Below are positions 51,650 through 59,136 of a stretch of DNA of 64,000 bases, one piece after another. The position numbers and the translations under genes were made by a program. This stretch comes from Ignavibacteria bacterium (GTDB lineage Bacteria > Bacteroidota > Ignavibacteria > Kapaibacteriales > Kapaibacteriaceae), in the NCBI GenBank assembly GCA_016191145.1, contig JACPPD010000003.1, positions 352,778-416,777 of the forward strand. The letters run 5' to 3'. The notes below the pieces were generated by a model, which did not search any database, had not been told where the DNA came from, and was given only the letters and a program-made list of their open reading frames with translations. Position 1 is the stretch's first letter. Each line of letters opens with the position of its first letter.

Positions 51650-54600
51650 ACGGACATTCAATGCCGTTGTCAGTAGCTCTTCCTGTTCTGCTTCGTGAAT
51701 CTTGTGCGATCCGGTTGCTGGCGATGCAGCGGGCTTCCTACCTACATAATGCAGCGATTGATTAGCCGACAGTACATCTTCAATCAGTGGCTTTACAAAG
51801 AACCAGGCACCAATGTTTGCAGGCTCTTCCTGACACCACACAACTTCTGCTGCATTGGGATACCGCAGCAGGATATCCTTCAGTTTTATACTATGAAACG
51901 GATATATCTGCTCAACCCTAACAAGTGCAACTGTATCAATATTTAGTTCGCGACGTTTGCGCTCCAACTCGTGATGGATCTTACCAGTGGTGATTACGAT
52001 GCGCTGCACACTTTCAGTCGTCTGTAGTGAATCGTCGATCAACTCCTGGTAGGCCCCCTTCGTAAAGTCTGCAACAGCAGAAGAAAATATTCGCAGATAG
52101 CCTTTTGGAGTGAATACTACCAGAGGCTTCCGCCAAAGGGCTTTCACCTGCCTGCGAAGAGCGTGGAAAAAGTTTGCCGGCGAGGTAAAATTGCAGACAA
52201 TCATGTTGTCCTGTGCGCACAACTGGAGAAACCTCTCAATCCTGGCGCTGGAATGCTCGGGACCCTGCCCATCATATCCATGTGGTAACAGGAGCGTGAT
52301 GTTGGAACGCTGTCCCCACTTTACTTCCGCACTCGCAATAAACTGATCGATCACAATTTGAGCGCCATTTGCAAAATCGCCAAACTGAGCTTCCCAAATT
52401 GTGAGTCCTGCTTTTGCGATTGTGCTATATCCATATTCAAAACCTAACACAGCGTATTCACTCAAAAGTGAATCGTATATGTGCAGTTGTTTGTTATCGG
52501 TGGCAAGACGGTTTATTGGAATCATGCGTCGTTCGTTTACGATGTCTACTTGCACAGCCTGCCTGTGATTAAACGTCCCGCGCGCCGTGTCCTGTCCGGA
52601 TAGTCTTACAAGATGTCCTTCAGATATTAACGAGCCTATGGCCAATGCCTCTGCCATACCCCACTGCACTACTCCCTCGTGGTACTGACGTAGGCGTTTG
52701 TCGACCTCTGCGTTCACCTTTGGATGAATATTAAAATCTTCGGGTACTGCGCAAATTGTATTAACAATGTGCTGCACTTGTTCATCACTGATTGCTGTTT
52801 CAATGGGTTCAAAGAGGTCGAACTCGAGTTTGTCCGGCATTCCGCTTCCCTGCCATTCGCCTCTCTTATCATACGCATGTTGTAATTCAGCTAATTCCTG
52901 ATCGTGAATTTCTGCGGCCTTCTCCGGAGTAAGAATTGATTCGGCAATTAGTAAATCTGTATAGTGTTTCCGTACAGGCTGAATGTTTCGGATCTTTTTG
53001 TACAGCAGGGGCTGCGTGGCAGTTGGGTCATCCTGTTCGTTGTGACCGTATTTGCGATAGCAATACATGTCTATCACCACATCTTCGTTAAAATGTTCTC
53101 TGTAGGCATAGGCAAAAACGGCTGCAGTGCGGCATGCTTCGGGATCGTCGCCATTAACATGGAGGATGGGCACCTGCAGCATCTTACCCACGGCGGTAGC
53201 GTACTGCGTCGACCTCGAATCTTCTGGCGATGTAGTAAATCCAATCTGATTATTTATAACTAAGTGGATTGTTCCTCCCGTGGCAAAGCCCCTTAACCTT
53301 GCCATATTGAGTGTTTCCATTACAACGCCCTGTCCTGCAAAAGCTGCGTCGCCATGTAAAAGGATAGGCAGGACCTTACTATGCGATGCATCACCAATCT
53401 CATCCTCAAGCGCTCGCGCCATTCCCTCTACTACGGGATCAACCGCCTCCAGATGACTCGGGTTCGGTGCCAGAAACATCGGTATCGTTTTCTTCGACGA
53501 CGATGTGTACATACCTCTTGCTCCAAGGTGATACTTAACATCGCCGGATCCCTGGTACGAGTCGGGGTCAATTGCCCCCTCGAATTCCTTAAATAATTTT
53601 TCAAGGGGCTTAGCCATCATGTTCACCAAGACGTTGAGGCGTCCGCGGTGAGCCATACCCACAACAACAGCAGAGAGGTCGTTTTCTGCTGAATTTTCAA
53701 GTAGTTGATCGATGATTACTACAGTAGATTCTGCACCTTCAAGAGAGAACCTCTTGGAACCTAAGAACTTTGTATGCAAAAAGTGTTCGAGAAGCTCAAC
53801 TTGTGTAAGTAATTTGAAAATATTGAGTTTTCGCTCGTTACTTATAGTAAACTTCATGTGAGATCGCTCGATGTAGCTTTTCAGCCAATCGCGTTTTTCA
53901 AGGTCCTGAATATGCATCCATTCGATACCGATCTGGTCGCAGTAGGTATCGCGAAGCATGTCGATGATATCGCGGAGAGTCGCGCGTTTAACGCCCCCTA
54001 ACCCACCAGTGTCAAATTCCCTATCAAGGTCCCAAATTGTTAGGCCGTAATACGCGGGGTCGAGCTCGGGATAGTAGTAGGCTTCCAAACCAAGCGGGTT
54101 AATATCGGCCAGCACGTGCCCGCGCACGCGATACGCGTGAATCAACTGAACAACACGACCTTCTTTGTCGATGATATCTGGCTGATCCTGTGGAAGGAAC
54201 GGGTTAACACCGATTTCTCTAGCCCAGCGAATGGGTTCAAATGGAATTTCGTAGGCGGCAAAAATCTGGTCGTAAAACCGATGTTCGCCGACGATCAGTT
54301 CGTGCATGAGCTGAAGAAACTCGCCCGACTCGGCGCCCTGGATAATTCTGTGATCGTACGTCGACGTAATCGTAACAACCTTGGAAATTGCAAGCGTAGC
54401 CACTACTTCGGGCATCATCGCCTGGAACTCAGCGGGAAATTCAATAGAGCCGGTGGCGATAATCGTGCCCTGGCCTTCCATCAGGCGCGGCATCGACATC
54501 ACAGTTCCAATCGTTCCCGGATTTGTGAGCGTCACTGTTGCTCCGGTAAGATCATCAGGCGAAATTTTGTTTGTTCTGGCGCGCAGTATCAGATCGTCGT

Positions 54601-55228
54601 ATGCGCGTACAAACTCAACAAACGAAAGCTTCTGAGCGTTCTTGATGCTGGGAACAACGAGAATCCGCGTCCCATCCTTACGCGTGGTATCTACTGCAAG
54701 ACCGAGATTAACCGATGATCGCTTGACCCTTACATGAATCCCATTATGCAGACCATAAGAATTGTTAAGATTAGGCGATTTTTCCAGAGCCTTTACAATT
54801 GCCCAGGCAAGGATATGTGTAAACGAAAGTTTTTGCTGACGCCGGCGCGCCAGAAACGTGTTTGCAATCCGTCTGTTCTCTTCGAGAGCTTTTACCGGCA
54901 CCGACCGCACGCTTGTTGCCGTGGGAATCATCAGGGACTGCATCATATTCTCTGCGATGCGTCCACCCACCGATGTTAACGGCACCAGTTCATCAGCTTC
55001 ACCCACCCAGGGAAGCCGCGTGGTGCCGGTTTCCAGAACTAACGGTTCAAGATTTGGCGTCGGTGTATTTTGAAGATCCGGCAATCCGGATTTCCCCGGT
55101 TCATTTGCTACGGTAGTGTCCGGAACATAATTCCGAAGGAAGTCCCTCCACTCCGGGGAAACAGAATCAGGATCGCGCAGATAGTCGAAGTACATTTCAT
55201 CGACGTAGGCGCTATTCATCGACATCAT
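51635..55228 (-). CDS. kgd: Multifunctional 2-oxoglutarate dehydrogenase/decarboxylase (E2 catalytic domain fused to E1; Kgd/OdhA type)
   Basis: N-terminal YV.EMY..Y..DP.SV...W, acyltransferase domain with TYDHRIIQGAESG, then E1o motifs GMAHRGRLN, HGDAAF.GQG, WEAQFGDF, LLPHGYDGQGPEHSS. Confidence 0.93.
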   Translation of the reverse strand: MMSMNSAYVDEMYFDYLRDPDSVSPEWRDFLRNYVPDTTVANEPGKSGLPDLQNTPTPNLEPLVLETGTTRLPWVGEADELVPLTSVGGRIAENMMQSLMIPTATSVRSVPVKALEENRRIANTFLARRRQQKLSFTHILAWAIVKALEKSPNLNNSYGLHNGIHVRVKRSSVNLGLAVDTTRKDGTRILVVPSIKNAQKLSFVEFVRAYDDLILRARTNKISPDDLTGATVTLTNPGTIGTVMSMPRLMEGQGTIIATGSIEFPAEFQAMMPEVVATLAISKVVTITSTYDHRIIQGAESGEFLQLMHELIVGEHRFYDQIFAAYEIPFEPIRWAREIGVNPFLPQDQPDIIDKEGRVVQLIHAYRVRGHVLADINPLGLEAYYYPELDPAYYGLTIWDLDREFDTGGLGGVKRATLRDIIDMLRDTYCDQIGIEWMHIQDLEKRDWLKSYIERSHMKFTISNERKLNIFKLLTQVELLEHFLHTKFLGSKRFSLEGAESTVVIIDQLLENSAENDLSAVVVGMAHRGRLNVLVNMMAKPLEKLFKEFEGAIDPDSYQGSGDVKYHLGARGMYTSSSKKTIPMFLAPNPSHLEAVDPVVEGMARALEDEIGDASHSKVLPILLHGDAAFAGQGVVMETLNMARLRGFATGGTIHLVINNQIGFTTSPEDSRSTQYATAVGKMLQVPILHVNGDDPEACRTAAVFAYAYREHFNEDVVIDMYCYRKYGHNEQDDPTATQPLLYKKIRNIQPVRKHYTDLLIAESILTPEKAAEIHDQELAELQHAYDKRGEWQGSGMPDKLEFDLFEPIETAISDEQVQHIVNTICAVPEDFNIHPKVNAEVDKRLRQYHEGVVQWGMAEALAIGSLISEGHLVRLSGQDTARGTFNHRQAVQVDIVNERRMIPINRLATDNKQLHIYDSLLSEYAVLGFEYGYSTIAKAGLTIWEAQFGDFANGAQIVIDQFIASAEVKWGQRSNITLLLPHGYDGQGPEHSSARIERFLQLCAQDNMIVCNFTSPANFFHALRRQVKALWRKPLVVFTPKGYLRIFSSAVADFTKGAYQELIDDSLQTTESVQRIVITTGKIHHELERKRRELNIDTVALVRVEQIYPFHSIKLKDILLRYPNAAEVVWCQEEPANIGAWFFVKPLIEDVLSANQSLHYVGRKPAASPATGSHKIHEAEQEELLTTALNVRSILA

Positions 55229-55294
55229 GGGTAGGGAGTCCTAGCTCGAGTGACAAGGGAAGCAAAACTACGCTAATACAAACTTTACACATTT

Positions 55295-55334
55295 ATCACC
55301 ATGCCGGGTATCAAGAGATACCCGGCATGGTGAT
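55295..55334. repeat. Perfect 18-bp inverted repeat (hairpin) between pgeF and kgd
   Basis: atcaccatgccgggtatc-aaga-gatacccggcatggtgat. Confidence 0.9.
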
Positions 55335-55349
55335 TCGAGTAGTGTTTTT

Positions 55350-56060
55350 TTATTTCATTTGAATAACTACCAATCCCCTGCCCGCTGCCTCTCCATCCCT
55401 GCGATACGAGTGAAACCGAGTGTCCGTCATCGTGCATGCCGGATCTTCAGCAATGTTTCCCAAAGGCACTCCCGCTGCCTGCGCCTGTTCCCTCAATGCC
55501 ATCGCGTTGTCGAAAAACCATTTATCAGGTGTCTGTTTGTGCGGTATGCAGTAAGGGGCATGTACATCGTAAACATCCCTGCCAACCTCATAGTGCGCTG
55601 CTTTGGCGTGAGGCGATAGCCAAACACGCAGATGCTGGCTGTCGGTTCCATACGACATCTGCATCGCCCTGATGGTTTTACCCAATACGTCTATTGCTGT
55701 ACCACGCCATCCGCTGTGGACAGCACCGATGGCGTTGTGTGCGGCATCCCACAAGAGGATTCCTGCACAGTCGGCAACCTTGACGCCAATAACAATACCC
55801 GGAAGATTTGTAATGAGGGCGTCGCCCTGAATTTGTAGTTGCGGAAAATCTGAATCGGAATTCTGTGTGTTGAGCAATAACCACGATCTGTCGATGCGGT
55901 GGACAGCGTCGCCGTGAACCTGATGGAGAGTGATAATGCTCCGGTGATTAACGTTGAGTGTTGTACAAATAAGATGATATGCTTCGTTCAGCGATGTATC
56001 CGTCGTCGTCATCCCGCTGACTATCCGCTGATCATCAAACGCATGGTGGAGAGCCGACAT
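55350..56060 (-). CDS. pgeF: Peptidoglycan editing factor / purine nucleoside phosphorylase (YfiH laccase domain); start uncertain
   Basis: QVHG, GDALIT, VADC..IL, AVHSGWRG, YEVG, CT...FHSYRR. Confidence 0.9.
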   Translation of the reverse strand: MSALHHAFDDQRIVSGMTTTDTSLNEAYHLICTTLNVNHRSIITLHQVHGDAVHRIDRSWLLLNTQNSDSDFPQLQIQGDALITNLPGIVIGVKVADCAGILLWDAAHNAIGAVHSGWRGTAIDVLGKTIRAMQMSYGTDSQHLRVWLSPHAKAAHYEVGRDVYDVHAPYCIPHKQTPDKWFFDNAMALREQAQAAGVPLGNIAEDPACTMTDTRFHSYRRDGEAAGRGLVVIQMK

Positions 56061-56244
56061 TTCCAACAAAAATGGGAAGCGCCACGATAACAGCGCATCC
56101 CATTTTTTTTTGTTAAGACGGTTGTTACCGCGCAATCACTAATTTCTGCCGGGAATTTATTTCGCCATCAGTGGTTTTGATGGTTACTGTGTAGGTTTCG
56201 TTAGGCATCAATGCAGTGTTTAAACGTATCCCTTCACTCAGCTG

Positions 56245-57813
56245 CTATTTCCGCGGTTCAATCTCTCTCGAACGCACAAATACCACGCCATTTCGCATAC
56301 GCAACTGCACTTCACGCTGCTCCGTTGGGCTGGCTACATACATCTGAAGGCCGCTGTGCGTGGGCGAAATCACAAGCTGGTTGACTCTTGGCTGAGCGAT
56401 TAGTATGGCAAATGCCATCAGCGCTGAAGATATTGTAACCTTTGATAGTATCGCTCTAAAAGTGACTGAATGAGAAATCCACAGAATTGAAAGCATTGTC
56501 CCGATGGCCATTAGCACTGCCGTCGGCTGCGTTAGCTCTGGAGTAATGCTCGACGCTGCTTCCACCACCTTGACTGCCGCACGAATGATGGTGTCGGGCA
56601 AGAAGGCAACTGCCTGCAGAGTAAAGAAGCTGGGCAATGCTGTACACAAAATGACTGCAATTATTCCAAGGATTAGCGCCGCAGAAAATAGCGGGACAAC
56701 GATGCAGTTGGTAAGGGGCGAGTATATCGGGGCCTGACCATAGAGCAGTGCTGCCGGGAGTGCAACACCTGCTGTTGCAGAGAGGTTAATTGACAACATA
56801 TTTACTAATCCCCTCTTCCACCGCGTCCTGTGTTCGAGACATGCAATCAATACTCTTCGCAAATCGAAACCGAGTGTGAGGATAGAAAATGTGGCACACG
56901 TCGAGAGAATGAAACCATGATTGAACACCATTGTAGGTTCAATGAGGACTTGAATGAGGACGCTTCCGCCCAATAAATTCAGAACATCTACATCGCGTTG
57001 GAGAACTCTTCCTAAAAGACCCGCAATGCACATAATGCCGGCTCTGACTGCAGGAGGCTCTGCGCCGGTAATAATAACGTAAACAACGATAATACACGAA
57101 ATGATAATGAGACTGACCGGATTCCTTGGTCTGCCACCCGAAAGTACCAGTAGCAGCCCAACGATGAGTGTAACGTGCATTCCACTCACGGCCAGGATGT
57201 GCGATGTGCCAGAATTTGAAAAAGTAATTCTGGTTTCTTTTTCGAGATGCTGTGTGTTGCCTACAAGCAGTGCGTGCATGTATGCAGCTACGTCGGGTGA
57301 GAACGTTGCGTCGATGCGTTCCGATACTGCTGAGCGGATTACTTCTAGCAAATACCTGGGCTGCGTTGGACCCTCCAGAACACGCATATCGCGTACGTCG
57401 CACGTGCCGATGAACACGATTCTGTGTGACTGCGCATAGAAAACTTCATCGAATTGACCGTGATACCATGTCTCTGTAGGCCTGTGAACCGTTCCAAACG
57501 CAACAATCCTGCTTCCGGTTAGCTGAGTTAACATTGCTGAATCGCGGTCAGCAGATGCGAGCACGGTGAGCTTTACACGACCATACACACATGGTAAGTT
57601 TTTGCAATCGATTTCACCGTTAACAATTAGCGTCTTACCGACGATCGATTCAATGTACCCGCTGATACGCGAGCGCTGAGGCTCAATGAACCACTCTGGT
57701 GCACCCGATACCACATCGAGCATCCTTGGGTCTGCAGGAAACCCAAGCCAGTAACTGAAGACTTCGATAGCCAGTACGATAATCGCAAACCGCAGTAGTG
57801 GTCTTCTTCTCAT
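56245..57813 (-). CDS. comEC: ComEC/Rec2 competence membrane protein (no beta-lactamase domain)
   Basis: OB-fold-like N-terminal region, G.SHILAVSGMH, TG..P..VRA..M, GF.LS. Confidence 0.9.
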   Translation of the reverse strand: MRRRPLLRFAIIVLAIEVFSYWLGFPADPRMLDVVSGAPEWFIEPQRSRISGYIESIVGKTLIVNGEIDCKNLPCVYGRVKLTVLASADRDSAMLTQLTGSRIVAFGTVHRPTETWYHGQFDEVFYAQSHRIVFIGTCDVRDMRVLEGPTQPRYLLEVIRSAVSERIDATFSPDVAAYMHALLVGNTQHLEKETRITFSNSGTSHILAVSGMHVTLIVGLLLVLSGGRPRNPVSLIIISCIIVVYVIITGAEPPAVRAGIMCIAGLLGRVLQRDVDVLNLLGGSVLIQVLIEPTMVFNHGFILSTCATFSILTLGFDLRRVLIACLEHRTRWKRGLVNMLSINLSATAGVALPAALLYGQAPIYSPLTNCIVVPLFSAALILGIIAVILCTALPSFFTLQAVAFLPDTIIRAAVKVVEAASSITPELTQPTAVLMAIGTMLSILWISHSVTFRAILSKVTISSALMAFAILIAQPRVNQLVISPTHSGLQMYVASPTEQREVQLRMRNGVVFVRSREIEPRK

Positions 57814-57895
57814 TCACTTATTCATGTGAATAAAAAAATGGGTGCGGGATGATAAACAGAAAAAACTGACGCCAATCATGCCGTAACTTTCATAG

Positions 57896-57925
57896 TGTGT
57901 CACAAAAACTATAGTGCGTGACACA
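57896..57925. promoter_or_regulatory. Palindromic candidate operator between the divergent comEC and recA genes
   Basis: tgtgtcac (57896-903), N14 containing the palindrome actatagt, gtgacaca (57918-925). Confidence 0.45.
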
Positions 57926-57969
57926 TGCCCCCTGCAATGAATAGTCACTCTTAATCAAAGAACAAAAAG

Positions 57970-59100
57970 ATGAGCGCAGAAATGGGAAATGCCTTGAAGT
58001 CTGAAGGCAGCAGCAAGGCCGACGTCAGGAAGGCTGAAGGCAAGAAGACAGATGGTGGCCTCTCAGAAAATAGGCCGACTGAAGCCAAGCTGAAAGCGGC
58101 ACAGATGGCAATCGACCAAATTGAAAAGCAGTTTGGCAAGGGGTCCATAATGCGACTGAGCGACCAGAACGTGGTGCAGGTAGATGCCATCAGTACTGGA
58201 TGCCTGTCGCTGGATGCTGCTATTGGGATAGGGGGCGTACCACGCGGACGCATCGTTGAGATTTACGGACCTGAGTCGTCGGGTAAGACCACTGTCTGTT
58301 TACAGGTCATCTCAGAAGCACAAAAGACTGGCGGACTTGCCGCCTTCGTTGATACCGAACATGCCCTTGATGTTCAGTATGCACAGCGCCTTGGCGTCGA
58401 CCTCAACAACCTCCTGCTTTCGCAGCCCGAATTTGGCGAGCAGGCGTTGGAAATTGTGGAAACGCTTGTGAGGAGCGGCGCGTTAGACGTAATCGTTATC
58501 GACTCGGTTGCTGCGCTTACACCGCGCGTTGAAATTGAAGGCGATATGGGCGATGCTCAAATGGGATCGCAGGCACGCCTGATGAGTCAGGCCATGAGGA
58601 AGTTGAATGCAGCAATTGGCAGATCCAACACCACGGTCATCTTTACAAACCAACTTCGATCGAAGATCGGAGTGGTTTACGGCAATCCCGAAACAACTAC
58701 GGGCGGCAATGCGCTGAAATATTATGCATCAGTTCGCATCGATGTCCGCCGCAAAGATGTCATCAAAGATGGTCAGGACATTGTTGGAAACCGCGTGCGC
58801 GCCAAGGTTGTGAAAAACAAGGTGGCGCCTCCATTCAAAGAAGCCGAATTTGACATCATGTACAACGAGGGCATCTCGCGTCTTGGCGATATGATAGACG
58901 TTGCCGTCGAAAGCGGAATCATCGCCAAGTCGGGATCGTGGTTCACGTTTAACGAAGAGCGCATACAAGGACGCGATGGGATGCGCAAACTTCTAACCGA
59001 TGATGCTACCCTTCGCCGATCACTGGAAACGGCCGTTAGAGAGTTCTTAAAACTGCCGGCAGCGGCAACGTCTAACCAAAACGGAAACGGTAAGAAGTAA
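57970..59100 (+). CDS. recA: Recombinase A
   Basis: [56 protein letters not shown]. Confidence 0.99.
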   Translation: MSAEMGNALKSEGSSKADVRKAEGKKTDGGLSENRPTEAKLKAAQMAIDQIEKQFGKGSIMRLSDQNVVQVDAISTGCLSLDAAIGIGGVPRGRIVEIYGPESSGKTTVCLQVISEAQKTGGLAAFVDTEHALDVQYAQRLGVDLNNLLLSQPEFGEQALEIVETLVRSGALDVIVIDSVAALTPRVEIEGDMGDAQMGSQARLMSQAMRKLNAAIGRSNTTVIFTNQLRSKIGVVYGNPETTTGGNALKYYASVRIDVRRKDVIKDGQDIVGNRVRAKVVKNKVAPPFKEAEFDIMYNEGISRLGDMIDVAVESGIIAKSGSWFTFNEERIQGRDGMRKLLTDDATLRRSLETAVREFLKLPAAATSNQNGNGKK

Positions 59101-59136
59101 TCGGTATCGCATTCTTATTGCTTTCGACTAAACACA

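Noticed and set aside
9168..55228. meaB, sucC, scpA and kgd as a succinyl-CoA gene cluster
   Set aside because: They are spread over 46 kb in different transcription units; a functional link exists but there is no operon evidence.
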